Positions 1 through 10,582 of a DNA stretch of 64,000 bases are shown here, piece after piece. The stretch covers positions 809-64,808 of IMG/VR virus record IMGVR_UViG_3300040935_000019, one strand, 5' to 3'. The DNA comes from a virus. Its lineage: Duplodnaviria > Caudoviricetes. Under the pieces are notes generated by a model. It worked only from the letters and a program-made list of their open reading frames with translations. It was not told where the DNA came from and made no database searches. Positions within the stretch are counted from its first letter, which is position 1; every line of letters begins with the position of its first letter. The position numbers and the translations under genes were made by a program.

Positions 1-70
1 GGTGGTCCTCCAGTACTTTTAGGAGATTTGGAAGTGTAAATATTTATTGGTGTTACATCTCTTCTGCTTA

Positions 71-1090
71 TCATGGAGATAACCTGAACTCAAAATAAGA
101 TGATTCCCTTCTTTCTATTGGTGGACATTTTGTTGAAACTGTATCTCTATCCTGAAGACCGTTCGGGTTATATAAATCACACAATTTACTTAAAAAAGTA
201 ATTGGATCTATTATCCCATAATACCTATTCCATGGATAATTTAGGCCCATAGAATTTTCCGTAAGACTGTTGGATGGTATGTATGGTTTTGTAGTTAATA
301 AATTTCCGTAAAAGTTAGCATTGACGTATAACGGATTGGTAAGACCATACGTTGAAGAGTTTGGATTGTAAATATAGATAGCAAGCAAAGCTAAGTTTAG
401 GTAATACTGATTATAAGGATATCCTGGATACCTACTAGTAAGAGATTGTAGCCCAGAAACGGAAACTTCCAAATGAAGATGCGGGTTAAAAATCATTCCT
501 GTAGACGTGAATGCAATTAGCTGATTTTCTTTGACATTTGTACCAGCAGAAACTTGCGGATTAACATGACCATAAAGAGCCCAAAATGTATTCTTTCTAA
601 AATTGTGTCTTATAACAATATATCCGCCACAATTAGTAGTTAAACACCAGTTTCTTTTTGCTACTTCTACCCTACCGGGGGCTATTGAAAAGACAGGAAC
701 ATTTCCAGTATTTCCAGCGTAAGCCAAATCAACCCCATGGTGAGAAGATATTGGCATATAAGCAGAATCTGTGTTTATTATCCTTCTGAACCTTATGTAT
801 AGGTTTTTATCTGCTTGACTTAATGAGGTGGGAATGTCTTTACTAAAAAATTGTTTAATTGCAATAAATCTTTCCTGTAAAGTATTGAGAGTTAAAGAGT
901 TGTTATTTGTAATCCTACGAACCAGAGGTAAAAAATCGGGATTCAAAAGAACTTTGTTAGACAAAAAGTTTTTTAAGTATTGATAATAAATTCCACGTAT
1001 AAACCTATCTTTCGGGTATGGCTCTCCATAAGTCATTGTTATATAAACAGCGTTGCAGTTTTGTAAAGGAAAGTAAAGCCTTCTTGCCAT
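71..1090 (-). CDS. M23 family metallopeptidase (probable virion-associated peptidoglycan hydrolase)
   Basis: HHGVDL (HxxxD), YGHV and PHLHLEV (HxH) M23 motifs; lies at the end of a structural operon. Confidence 0.85.
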   Translation of the reverse strand: MARRLYFPLQNCNAVYITMTYGEPYPKDRFIRGIYYQYLKNFLSNKVLLNPDFLPLVRRITNNNSLTLNTLQERFIAIKQFFSKDIPTSLSQADKNLYIRFRRIINTDSAYMPISSHHGVDLAYAGNTGNVPVFSIAPGRVEVAKRNWCLTTNCGGYIVIRHNFRKNTFWALYGHVNPQVSAGTNVKENQLIAFTSTGMIFNPHLHLEVSVSGLQSLTSRYPGYPYNQYYLNLALLAIYIYNPNSSTYGLTNPLYVNANFYGNLLTTKPYIPSNSLTENSMGLNYPWNRYYGIIDPITFLSKLCDLYNPNGLQDRDTVSTKCPPIERRESSYFEFRLSP

Positions 1091-1093
1091 AGA

Positions 1094-2053
1094 CTACCAC
1101 GCTGACATAACTACTCTGTAGTACGGACGTAAAAGTTCTCTTAGTTTGGCTTTATATTCGTTATAAAGATTTTCGTACAGTAATCCATTATTTCCAAACG
1201 AAGCATTAAAGCCTTCAATTCCGAAAGACTTAAGTCCTGCAGTTAAGTATGCGGAAAAGTTCAATATAAGTTGCATTACTGTTCTTACCGCTATAGCCTC
1301 TAGAAGGTCATATGGTCGGTCTGTATCTGTATACCCAAACTCATAGTCAATCATAACTACTTGAGGTATTCTTGGAATAACTGGACCATATTGAGAACCA
1401 TAAAGAGGGTCGTTTCCTGATGTAGTGCCTAATATTCTTGCCATAACAGCGGGAAATATCTGTATTCCTCCCTCCTTTTTGTAGACTAAAATTTCATTTG
1501 GACGATAAAGTCTGAAGAAGATATTTTTTCCTTCATATCCTGGTGGGGCAGTAAATGCAAGGGCTAGATAATACACATTAATAATAGGTGCGTAGTATGT
1601 TTGTATGTAAGCGTTGCTTCTACCATCCTGTCTTTCTGCATCACCAACTTTTATTGGAGAGTATTTAATGTTTGAAACCCACGCTGTAAGTTGTGCGGGA
1701 ACTAAAAGTTCGAACGGAAGTGTTCCAGGTTTATAAAGTGCAGGGTTATTAGCATATAGGTTTTGTTGGTCTGGAGTAAGATCGCTCCATTTAGGAAAAT
1801 CGTAGAAGTGCGGGTTAATTGCATCTTTATATTTTGCTCTATTTTCGTATGCCTCTTTCGGCGATTTTGGAAGGTTTGTAAACCTTGCTGGGGTTATAGA
1901 GGTTTTTATTCTTTGCTCTACATATTGAGTTGATCTTTCAATTTCTCTCTTTATAAAATCTTGAAGTTCTGGGGTTTCCTCAGGAAAAATAATTCCTAAA
2001 GACTTATCCAAAACTATTTGATAAATGTCTTGTAAAACTTTTTCATTTAACAT
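1094..2053 (-). CDS. Putative head-tail adaptor/neck protein
   Basis: 319-aa ORF; C-terminal GLKSFGIEGFNASF...Y...LLRPYY resembles connector proteins; structural context (inference). Confidence 0.4.
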   Translation of the reverse strand: MLNEKVLQDIYQIVLDKSLGIIFPEETPELQDFIKREIERSTQYVEQRIKTSITPARFTNLPKSPKEAYENRAKYKDAINPHFYDFPKWSDLTPDQQNLYANNPALYKPGTLPFELLVPAQLTAWVSNIKYSPIKVGDAERQDGRSNAYIQTYYAPIINVYYLALAFTAPPGYEGKNIFFRLYRPNEILVYKKEGGIQIFPAVMARILGTTSGNDPLYGSQYGPVIPRIPQVVMIDYEFGYTDTDRPYDLLEAIAVRTVMQLILNFSAYLTAGLKSFGIEGFNASFGNNGLLYENLYNEYKAKLRELLRPYYRVVMSAW

Positions 2054-2079
2054 CTTCTCTTCTTTATTTTATGTGAGGT

Positions 2080-2601
2080 TTACTGAAGATTTTTGACGAA
2101 GCGATCAAAGTCTTCTTCACTAATAAAAGTAAAAATTTCTTTGTCTTTTTTTATTTCATCAGTTAGCTCTGCAATTCTTCTCTCTATAGATTCCAAGTGT
2201 GATAAAATTTCATCAAGTTTTTTAATTCCTCCAGTGGCAACGCTTTCATGCATTTTTTCTTTAATAATTATCCGCCTTTCGTTTAATAGTGAAATTAGTT
2301 CAAATAGCTTCTTATTTTTCTTCGCTAGCTCAAGAATGGTAATTTGTTTGTTTCCAAGATATATCTCTATTCCAGAAATTAGCTTAAAGTGAAATTTTGT
2401 AAGCTTTTCTGTTTTGAAGACTTTAAAATAGTCTACTTTAGTTAATTCGAAAAGTTTTTGCGATTTTTCAATGTCCTTTAGAATTCCCGTTATGTCTTCT
2501 CTCTCCTTTGAAAAAAGAAAGGTTGGTTTGTATGATCCAGTAACGAAGCTATTTACAAAAATATATATATCTGCATCTGTCTCAATTAGCCTTTTGACGA
2601 A
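2080..2601 (-). CDS. Unannotated 172-codon open frame, probable frameshift extension (GT-type) of the upstream chaperone
   Basis: Read manually: FVKRLIETDADIYIFVNSF...FDRFVKNLQ*. No ATG/GTG/TTG near its 5' end; overlaps the upstream ORF at CCG TTT TTT CGT in the +1 frame. Confidence 0.65.
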   Translation of the reverse strand, partial: FVKRLIETDADIYIFVNSFVTGSYKPTFLFSKEREDITGILKDIEKSQKLFELTKVDYFKVFKTEKLTKFHFKLISGIEIYLGNKQITILELAKKNKKLFELISLLNERRIIIKEKMHESVATGGIKKLDEILSHLESIERRIAELTDEIKKDKEIFTFISEEDFDRFVKNLQ

Positions 2602-3097
2602 AAAACGGATCTACATCAAGAGTATTAAGCCAATCGTAAATTTGGTCTACCAATCTTGTAAAATCAACAAGGTGAACTTTTGTTGCGCTGATACTTAGCA
2701 AATCTGACGGCCTCACATCTAATCTTTCATCATTGTAGTAAACTGCTTCAGTTATAACATCTAGTAACGCAACTCTAGAAAACAGCTCTTGAAGCCTTGG
2801 GTCTATTTGAGAAAATAGTTCCTCTATGTGGGATTGTTTGTCAAAATCTGGCTCAGACTCTACAAGTTGTCCATCTTTCATGACAGTTACTTTGTACCTC
2901 AAAACGTATTCCTTAAAATCCTTATCTTTTTCTAAAATTTTCTTAAAAACATCATATCTTTTAAAAACTACTTTGGCTTCATCAAAAATGGTTGGCACTC
3001 TTACTTCAAAAGAGTAGCTTCCTATAGAAAATTTTTTGTTTTCTAAGTCGCCGAAGAGAGAAACAATCTTTGCTTTTTCTTTTTCTACCTTCGTCAT
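2582..3097 (-). CDS. Putative tail assembly chaperone (gpG-like)
   Basis: 171 aa ending ...IYDWLNTLDVDPFFRQKAN with a slippery site; TGT-TATAAT lies 8 nt before the ATG. Confidence 0.5.
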   Translation of the reverse strand: MTKVEKEKAKIVSLFGDLENKKFSIGSYSFEVRVPTIFDEAKVVFKRYDVFKKILEKDKDFKEYVLRYKVTVMKDGQLVESEPDFDKQSHIEELFSQIDPRLQELFSRVALLDVITEAVYYNDERLDVRPSDLLSISATKVHLVDFTRLVDQIYDWLNTLDVDPFFRQKAN

Positions 3098-3138
3098 ACT
3101 GATATATTATAACACAAATTTTATTTGTGTTTAGATTA

Positions 3139-3546
3139 TCAGTGATCAGGAGATTCTTCTTCAAAAGAAGCAAAGAAGTTAGGCAGTTGATCAAAAAGCC
3201 TTTTTATAATGTTTTCATCTTCCGAAAATCCTTCAAAGGATACATAAAAACTAGATTTTCCTTCATATATGTTTGGCACCCCAAATCTAACGGTTGCATA
3301 CGAGTAAAATCCTGTGAAGTTTTTTAAATATGTTTTGGAACATTCTCTTATAGTTGGAAAAATGTAGTTGTTAATGAATATTAATCCAAATCCATCTTGA
3401 TTGTTTTCAAAATTTAGATGCTGTACAAAATAAAAAGAATTAAAACCTGGACCAATTATTCTTAAAAAATTTCCGCTAAAATAAGCCGAAACATTAGTAA
3501 CAATATGATGAAACCGATTAATGAGTTGTATGTTGGCGCTGGGCAT
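3139..3546 (-). CDS. Hypothetical protein
   Basis: 135-aa ORF tightly packed in the operon. Confidence 0.7.
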   Translation of the reverse strand: MPSANIQLINRFHHIVTNVSAYFSGNFLRIIGPGFNSFYFVQHLNFENNQDGFGLIFINNYIFPTIRECSKTYLKNFTGFYSYATVRFGVPNIYEGKSSFYVSFEGFSEDENIIKRLFDQLPNFFASFEEESPDH

Positions 3547-3553
3547 AAATCTG

Positions 3554-4468
3554 TTATACGTTAGCAGAGAAGGAAAAATTAAGTAAAACTTGTCTTGTTG
3601 GAGCGTCTTCTCTTACATAGCGAAAAATAATAAACGGCAAATACGATCTTGGGGCATATGTATTTGGAAAACCTTGTGGCTGAGGATAAAGAATTACCGA
3701 TGGACCGTTAGAAGCTGTTGCTGTTATACTTGTTTGTCCATACTGAATGGTATTTGCCGTGGCTTGTATAATGTTTTCAGTTGTAAGCGCAACATTATCC
3801 ATATAATCATTTGCATCATTGCTCGCTAATGCGGTAAGTCTATAGGTTATGTTTGTATTAAACCTCAAGTCATTTGTATAAGAGGGATCTGAAAAAAATA
3901 GTCCTTTTTTATTTGCTTGTGGATCCCCAGCAAAAAAGGAAATCGGTTTTGCTACTGGATATGAAGTTAGTGTATTGTCTATTTTTGGTACAGCAATGAA
4001 CATGCCGTAATACTCATCGCATCTTCCTCTATCAACAGAAAATATTGGATTTGCTATTATGTAGTCGTTTACATCCGCACCAATTGGTAAAATAGTTGTG
4101 TTTGCAAAATACAAAACTATAAAGTCAATATAGTACCTCTTGTTATTGATTAAGTACGGCCCTACACCCCCACAAGATGGAGATGAGGGCGCACTTAAAC
4201 AAACAGCAGACCCTATTCTGCTAGAAGCATCGTTGTGTCTTTTTATGTTCTCTAAAAACTTTATTTTCCAAGAAACCGTATCTCTATACCCCCTTACAAA
4301 TGACTGTAGTCTGTCTTGAAAATTTGGCAATCCTTTTCCCTTTATCTGATTTACAAACACCCACTCGAACTGGGGGTTAACAGTTGTATTTATGTTTATG
4401 ATTACTGACCCTAGTGGATCAACTAGAAAATCTAAGCCATAAAATACAGCGTAAGATCTGTCTGGCAT
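3554..4468 (-). CDS. Hypothetical (likely virion) protein
   Basis: 304-aa beta-rich ORF in the structural block. Confidence 0.7.
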   Translation of the reverse strand: MPDRSYAVFYGLDFLVDPLGSVIININTTVNPQFEWVFVNQIKGKGLPNFQDRLQSFVRGYRDTVSWKIKFLENIKRHNDASSRIGSAVCLSAPSSPSCGGVGPYLINNKRYYIDFIVLYFANTTILPIGADVNDYIIANPIFSVDRGRCDEYYGMFIAVPKIDNTLTSYPVAKPISFFAGDPQANKKGLFFSDPSYTNDLRFNTNITYRLTALASNDANDYMDNVALTTENIIQATANTIQYGQTSITATASNGPSVILYPQPQGFPNTYAPRSYLPFIIFRYVREDAPTRQVLLNFSFSANV

Positions 4469-4488
4469 AACTCTATGATATTATACTA

Positions 4489-6399
4489 TTAATACATTCC
4501 AAAAACTACCTTCATTTGCAAAATAGTTGGCTTAATCTTGTAGTTAATATTTTGAAGAAATACCCAAAGATTAAAAAACTCGGTATCTACATTCCTATAT
4601 GTATTAGGAATAGATGTGCACGCATCTTTATCCTTTACAAATATTAAGTTATTAGAATCAAAGGAATTGCACGAATATAATTCAACATAGCTATTAAACA
4701 AGTTAACAATGTCATCATCTACAATGACAGCTTCCCTAAATTTATCTTTTGAATCGGAACATATATTACCATCATCGCACAGCACGTAATCAAAGAACGA
4801 TTCTGTAAGTCCTTCTATTGGGTTGGAAAATATTAGATCCATAAGCGTATACGCCAAAAGCTTTTGTTTTATTATATCCGGATGAATGTCTTCAGAAAAC
4901 AAATTAGTTGTAGTTGATTGTGAATAGCTGTTAACATCTATTTCTGTACTTGATGAGCTTATGAGAATATTTTTGGAAGCCGCAAAAAATAAAGATGCGG
5001 CAAACTTAAAGGTTTCTTCTAAAGGATAAAAGTATATGTTCCTGCTATCAAAGGTTAGGATATACGCATAGACCGTTAACATTGTAGACAATGTTAAATC
5101 ATTTAAGTGTTTATTCTCACTAAATGTAAAGATAGATGCATTTTTTATGTTATCTAAAAATCTAGAGATGTTGGTAGAATCTTGAGTATAAACATCAAGA
5201 GAGTATATTGGGTTGCTTAATGAGGAAGGTATGTTTATAATTCCTAGGTTATTTAATTGTTTTAAAAAGGAGGCGTATATTTTGGCCCAAGAAAAAACAA
5301 GTAAATATAAGTCGTATTTTTCTCTTTGCGTCAACACTCTTGATGAAGAAGAAAACGTTCCATTGCCTCTTATAATTTCATAAATTGTAGAGCCATCAGA
5401 AAGGATGCTGAGCAAGTAATTATATGTAGAGGCTATTTTTTCTGATGTGTCTTGTAAGTTGGTTGGTACAAAACCAGAATTAAACGTTAGCGGTTTGGAT
5501 ATTTCTGTTAAAGTTAAGTAAATTAAATCGGATATGTATTGCCAAATTGTTGTTTCTTGGTGTAAGGTGGAAACATCTAGAACATAAGAGTTTAAAGAAT
5601 CACTATAGGTAAAAATAATTTTAAATTGTGTTCCTACAAAATCTCCCTGTTTAGTAACCAAATAATTCATCAATTTGTTATCCATTGAGTAGTAGTAAGA
5701 ATCAAAAGAAGCGTTACTTAGTCTAAGTTTTACCCCATTCAGTGGGTACAAGGAAAAGAAATAATTTTTTGCTCTTTCCAAATTTTCTGTAATTAAATCT
5801 AAGGAAAATACTGGGACATAATTTGTTTCTTGTGTGAAAATCCCTACTTGCGGATAATCACTAGAGAGAGTCTGGTAATAACTCCTAGAAAACACTTGGT
5901 GATATGAGTCTATATCGGGATAAATTTTTCGAAAAAAGTGTTTTGACGAGTCCAACAAATCTACTCTAATTATGTATTCTAGCTCTTCATTTGGTCTTAC
6001 ATTCCTTGGTATCAAGATAAACTTTTTTGAAAAAAGATCTGTATCTAAGATTGATCCTATGTACTCTGAATTTTCCGTATAAAAAACCCCTACAAAGAAA
6101 TCGTCCTGATAGGCATCTTCATCTGAAGAAATGCTGTAAGAACCAGACTCGGTTGTCAAAGAAACTCTAAATTTCCTAGAAAACTTTTTATCAGATATTT
6201 TTTTGATCCTTAGAGAGTCTGTAAAGACAAATTTCAAGTAAAAAAACGGAAGATGTTCATTTATTGGATTGCTTATTTTAACCACTATTTCTTTTGAGGG
6301 ATTTTCCTCATCTAAAATTAAATCTTCGTGGGTCAGCGTTTGACCTTTATCTTTACCGTCTAAAATAAGTTGATTAAGGTAAAAAACTTTGGATAACAT
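4489..6399 (-). CDS. Hypothetical (likely virion/baseplate) protein
   Basis: 636-aa ORF in the structural block. Confidence 0.7.
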   Translation of the reverse strand: MLSKVFYLNQLILDGKDKGQTLTHEDLILDEENPSKEIVVKISNPINEHLPFFYLKFVFTDSLRIKKISDKKFSRKFRVSLTTESGSYSISSDEDAYQDDFFVGVFYTENSEYIGSILDTDLFSKKFILIPRNVRPNEELEYIIRVDLLDSSKHFFRKIYPDIDSYHQVFSRSYYQTLSSDYPQVGIFTQETNYVPVFSLDLITENLERAKNYFFSLYPLNGVKLRLSNASFDSYYYSMDNKLMNYLVTKQGDFVGTQFKIIFTYSDSLNSYVLDVSTLHQETTIWQYISDLIYLTLTEISKPLTFNSGFVPTNLQDTSEKIASTYNYLLSILSDGSTIYEIIRGNGTFSSSSRVLTQREKYDLYLLVFSWAKIYASFLKQLNNLGIINIPSSLSNPIYSLDVYTQDSTNISRFLDNIKNASIFTFSENKHLNDLTLSTMLTVYAYILTFDSRNIYFYPLEETFKFAASLFFAASKNILISSSSTEIDVNSYSQSTTTNLFSEDIHPDIIKQKLLAYTLMDLIFSNPIEGLTESFFDYVLCDDGNICSDSKDKFREAVIVDDDIVNLFNSYVELYSCNSFDSNNLIFVKDKDACTSIPNTYRNVDTEFFNLWVFLQNINYKIKPTILQMKVVFGMY

Positions 6400-6405
6400 A
6401 ATTGA

Positions 6406-8673
6406 TTATCTCTTAAATATTCCATAAACCTTTAATTGATTTGCAGAATCTGTATTTTCTACTTTTATAACTATCGATCTGTCTTGTAGAGAAGCTGAGC
6501 TGGTGTGAATGGGAGTTTCCTCTTCATTAAAGTATATGTTTACATCTGCTTGTCCTATTTCAATTTTTATAAAGTTATAAGAAGAATCATCGTAATTAAC
6601 AGAATATGTTGACGATTCAATAGTTATTTCGCCATTTGTAGCGTCTATATCTATTACCAAGCTTGGAGAACTTGCTAGTTCACCAAATTTTGCTTCAATA
6701 ATTGATATTGAAACATCTGCAGAATAATCAGAAACTACATATATTTCTGTCAATGATCCTTCGTTTGTAATTATTTTTTCGCCGGGTGATAGACGTATAT
6801 AGTGCTTATCTTTTGTAAGAGTTGTAACTTTTTCATAAAAAGCTTCGTCTATTTCTTCTGTCATTGTGTTCAGATCATTGAAAACTATATATTTCTGCCT
6901 CAATGACTGATTTGAAAGATTGAAGGAAACTGAAGAACCAGAAAGATTAAATGTCGACAAATCGCTATCCAGGTAGTCGTAAATAAGTGCTATTTTTCTT
7001 TTTGAAGCTTTTAGCGTCTGCACTACTTTATCTACTATTGATATTGAACTACCAAACAAAGAGGAAAGAGTAATCAAATCATTAAATATAAAAATACCAT
7101 TAGTTGCTGGCGGGTTAGATTGATCATATTTTTCCAACCAAACTAAATCGTCCAAGTAAAATATATCTAAACCAAAATCGCTCTCTATTTTGTTCAAGAA
7201 TTTAGAAATGTCAATATAATATGTTTCTGTTCCGTCAGAGTAGGGGCCATTGTAAATATTAAAGAAGTTTGTTATTAGCTTAAATTTAACATCTTTAAAC
7301 TTTTTCTTCACATTTAAAAATAGATGGTCAAAAATTTTATTCAAGTTCAGGAGGTTTCTTACAAACACTCCAACATTTTCAATTACTGATGGAAGGCTAT
7401 TTATCATAGCCCTCTTTAACATTTGCGCTTGTGATTCGGTTGCGTTTGTACAGGTGCTTAGATCGTTTAAATCTGTACAAAATTTTGCTTCGTAAGGATC
7501 ATAAAAGTAAATGCTATACATTCCTTGGTATTTAAGATATTCTAAAAAGTTGGTATTTGTTTGCAATAAACTTATATAGTTATCAGGAATTACTGTCAGT
7601 TCAAAAAGAAGCGAAACTCTAACCCCACTAGGTAATGCTGTTAACAATGCGTTAATTAGATTTTTTATTTCTGTTTGTTTTTCAACAAACTTGTGAAGGT
7701 ATACAGGAAGAATAATTTCTTTTATAGAAACATTTAAATCTATTTGTACTTTCGTGTAGAAATCAGAAACTTCATCTACCACATTATCTAAAGTTTCTAT
7801 GCCGTCCAAAAAGTTCTTAAGCTTTAGTCTATTAAATATGACGGGATGCCATAAAAGATTACCGTAGGTTTGATTCTTATTTTCTATGGCTTGGACTTCT
7901 TGTTGCAATTGATTTATGTTGTTGTTTATACTTGAAATTGTCGAAGAGAAAGTTGTGGTGTCAACACATCCGGAACATGTTCCGCTACCGCCGCCACCAC
8001 CACCGCCGCCCCCACCGCCACTACCACTATTGTTTTCTAGTGCAGTTACTCTACCCTCTAAGTTTGTTAATCTTGTATCCAGACTAGAGGTTTGCGATTC
8101 TAGGTTAGTGGTTCTTGTACTTAAGTTTGTGATATTTGTTTCCGCATTTGTAACTCTTGTAGAAAGGTTGTTTACACTTGATTGAAGCGTACTTACATTG
8201 GCGTTGGTAGTGTTTAACGAAGATTCTAAATTTGAAAGTCTTGTATTTATTGTTGTTATAGTGCTTGTTGGCGAGATTGCAGAATCAATATCTGCTGTTG
8301 TAAAAGATATCCCTGACCACAAAAGCTTATTTTGAGAGTTTAGAAAAGAAGAAAACGGCTCCAACTTTAACCAAGTAGAACTATTTCTTAAAACGGCTGG
8401 GTAGCTATCAACGTTAGAAACAACAGAATAATCTATACTATTGGCATTAATCTTTCCGTTGGAAAGAACATTGTTGTTAAACCAAGTTGTCAAGAAATCA
8501 ATAGTTTTTATATTACTAAGACTTAACCAAGAATTCCTGCCCAAAATAAACCTTATTACAGCTCTTATTTGATTTAGGTCGTCTTGCAAGTTTGTAGTAG
8601 TAATAAACGGGTTGCTATCATTAACGATTTCAGATTGAACTATTTCAGTCTGCAAAAGATGTGATACTGGCAT
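6406..8673 (-). CDS. Fibre/whisker (fibritin-like) protein
   Basis: Heptad coiled coil (LSTRVTNAETNITNLSTRTTNLE), 12-Gly hinge, globular C-terminus. Confidence 0.6.
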   Translation of the reverse strand: MPVSHLLQTEIVQSEIVNDSNPFITTTNLQDDLNQIRAVIRFILGRNSWLSLSNIKTIDFLTTWFNNNVLSNGKINANSIDYSVVSNVDSYPAVLRNSSTWLKLEPFSSFLNSQNKLLWSGISFTTADIDSAISPTSTITTINTRLSNLESSLNTTNANVSTLQSSVNNLSTRVTNAETNITNLSTRTTNLESQTSSLDTRLTNLEGRVTALENNSGSGGGGGGGGGGGSGTCSGCVDTTTFSSTISSINNNINQLQQEVQAIENKNQTYGNLLWHPVIFNRLKLKNFLDGIETLDNVVDEVSDFYTKVQIDLNVSIKEIILPVYLHKFVEKQTEIKNLINALLTALPSGVRVSLLFELTVIPDNYISLLQTNTNFLEYLKYQGMYSIYFYDPYEAKFCTDLNDLSTCTNATESQAQMLKRAMINSLPSVIENVGVFVRNLLNLNKIFDHLFLNVKKKFKDVKFKLITNFFNIYNGPYSDGTETYYIDISKFLNKIESDFGLDIFYLDDLVWLEKYDQSNPPATNGIFIFNDLITLSSLFGSSISIVDKVVQTLKASKRKIALIYDYLDSDLSTFNLSGSSVSFNLSNQSLRQKYIVFNDLNTMTEEIDEAFYEKVTTLTKDKHYIRLSPGEKIITNEGSLTEIYVVSDYSADVSISIIEAKFGELASSPSLVIDIDATNGEITIESSTYSVNYDDSSYNFIKIEIGQADVNIYFNEEETPIHTSSASLQDRSIVIKVENTDSANQLKVYGIFKR

Positions 8674-8731
8674 ATCCTCTTATAATATTAGCATAGAAAA
8701 GCACCATCTTCTATGAAGAAGAACATCAAAC

Positions 8732-10582
8732 TTACTCAATAAATGCGTAAATATTTACCAACTGTAGCTCTAAAACAATATTGGATATGTTAAATGTCAA
8801 ATAAACTATGCCATTTGCGGGGTTATTGTGTGTATAGGAAATCGGAGCACTAAAATTAACATTTTTGTATATATTTCTTCCAAATTCTTGGTTTGCGCTT
8901 AAATCTGTAGAACTATATACCGCTAAAGTATGTTGTGTTGCTCCATAAGTTACAATAATAGAAATATCAATTGGTACAGGAATAAAGTTTCCTCCATAAT
9001 CCGTTGCCCTTAGAATAAATTCAGCGCCATATAGCCTGAAAACTTGGTCATTTGTAAGTATTGTTATTGGTATTGAAATTGCCCCGCTGTTTGAAAACAC
9101 CATATTTCTAATCGTATAAACCATTGGTTTGCTAATCGTGGCTTGCATGTATAAGTCTTTTAATCTGTCAAATGGGGTTTTTATTTGAGAGTCCAATGTG
9201 ATAGATCCGGTAGATGGATTTATCGTTCCAAGAAGAATTCCTTGGGAATCATTAATGTCCGCTTGTATTTTATATGAAGATACCAAATTTATTAAATTAC
9301 TTTGGTTATCGTATGTAGCATTAGCATTATCAGTATGTGAATCGTTTATAATAAAAACATTCTTTGCCGATGATAAATTTCCTTTCCAAGTAAATCCCCA
9401 ATGACCGAAAATGGAAACATTATTTACATAGTCAAGATCTCTAAAAACTTTTAGTGGTGGATAAAAAGATATATTACCAAAGTAAACTGGTGCGTAGCTA
9501 TAAGGCAAGACAGAAGCTAATATATCAAACTCTCCAGTCTGATAATTGAAGACGATAAGGTCAGAGATAGAATGATACGAAGCTTCATCTATCTTTAAAA
9601 ATTCTCCGGTTCTTTCATCCAAAACAAAAATTTCTTTTGTTGAACTTGTTTCTGGAGACAAATTGTCTACTCCAACGTAGTATTTTTTCGCTAAGCTACC
9701 GGAAGTTCTTTTTATTGCTTTAGAAACAAAAAAGAATCTTACCCTATCGCTTTCAGAAAGACTTGTCTTTAGGTCCCCAAGATTCACTTTTATAAGATTT
9801 GGTATGTATTCATCGTCTTTGTAAAAAGCGCCGTTTCTATACTTTGGAAAATTTTTAGGTATGTTGTAATATCTTCTTGTATTTGTGCTCGAAATAACCT
9901 CTAAAACAAGTTCTTTATCGGTTATTTTTGTTTTTAAAAACGGGAACTCCAAAAGGATATATCCGTTCTCATCTTCTAGATTGGTTTGTAAATTTAACTT
10001 AGAAACCCCTGTTTCCTCAATTAGATCTTTAAAAAACTCTCCATTTTTATTTTTGGGCGTAGGAAATATTTTTCCAAACCTTACCCTTCGTATTACAAGC
10101 CTTCTATTTCCATTAACATTTTCAATAGTAAATTCTGAGTTATAAAGAGGTGTCCCATTTACATAAATCGCTAAAATATCCTCAAAAGAGTAAGTAGAAG
10201 ATTTTGACGGCGAAGTGGAAGACGAACGAACATATCTAAAAGTCTTTTTAAACTCTATAGGATTACCTTCTGATCCATTTAAAACACGTAGGTCATCAAA
10301 AAGTATTGAATACCTAATTAAACTGTCGGAAATCTCTGAAATACCCATTTGATCTATAAACTTTAGTTTTTGCCCACTATTTACACCAATTGTATAAAAC
10401 GTAATTGAGCCCTCTGTTATTTTTTCTCCAAAAAACAAAGATGACGGGTCTGAAAAAGATAGTAGCCCCGAACCAAAGGTAGAAGAAAACAAAGTTGTTA
10501 CATCGTCTGTATTTTCGTTAAAAGATGAAGAAATCTCAGAAAAGCTATATATTTTAGCGGTGTTAGATAAAAATTTCTTCAT
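8732..10582 (-). CDS. Hypothetical baseplate/tail protein
   Basis: 616 aa; overlaps the stop codon of baseplate J (ATGA). Confidence 0.65.
   Translation of the reverse strand: MKKFLSNTAKIYSFSEISSSFNENTDDVTTLFSSTFGSGLLSFSDPSSLFFGEKITEGSITFYTIGVNSGQKLKFIDQMGISEISDSLIRYSILFDDLRVLNGSEGNPIEFKKTFRYVRSSSTSPSKSSTYSFEDILAIYVNGTPLYNSEFTIENVNGNRRLVIRRVRFGKIFPTPKNKNGEFFKDLIEETGVSKLNLQTNLEDENGYILLEFPFLKTKITDKELVLEVISSTNTRRYYNIPKNFPKYRNGAFYKDDEYIPNLIKVNLGDLKTSLSESDRVRFFFVSKAIKRTSGSLAKKYYVGVDNLSPETSSTKEIFVLDERTGEFLKIDEASYHSISDLIVFNYQTGEFDILASVLPYSYAPVYFGNISFYPPLKVFRDLDYVNNVSIFGHWGFTWKGNLSSAKNVFIINDSHTDNANATYDNQSNLINLVSSYKIQADINDSQGILLGTINPSTGSITLDSQIKTPFDRLKDLYMQATISKPMVYTIRNMVFSNSGAISIPITILTNDQVFRLYGAEFILRATDYGGNFIPVPIDISIIVTYGATQHTLAVYSSTDLSANQEFGRNIYKNVNFSAPISYTHNNPANGIVYLTFNISNIVLELQLVNIYAFIE

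Noticed and set aside
2093-2698. Plus-strand ORFs 2093..2392 and 2471..2698, and the many similar Ser/Phe/Leu-rich short antisense ORFs across the window
   Set aside because: Shadow frames of real genes on the opposite strand
7985-8026. GC-rich CCN repeat
   Set aside because: Encodes the poly-Gly hinge of the fibre protein; not a mobile or regulatory repeat
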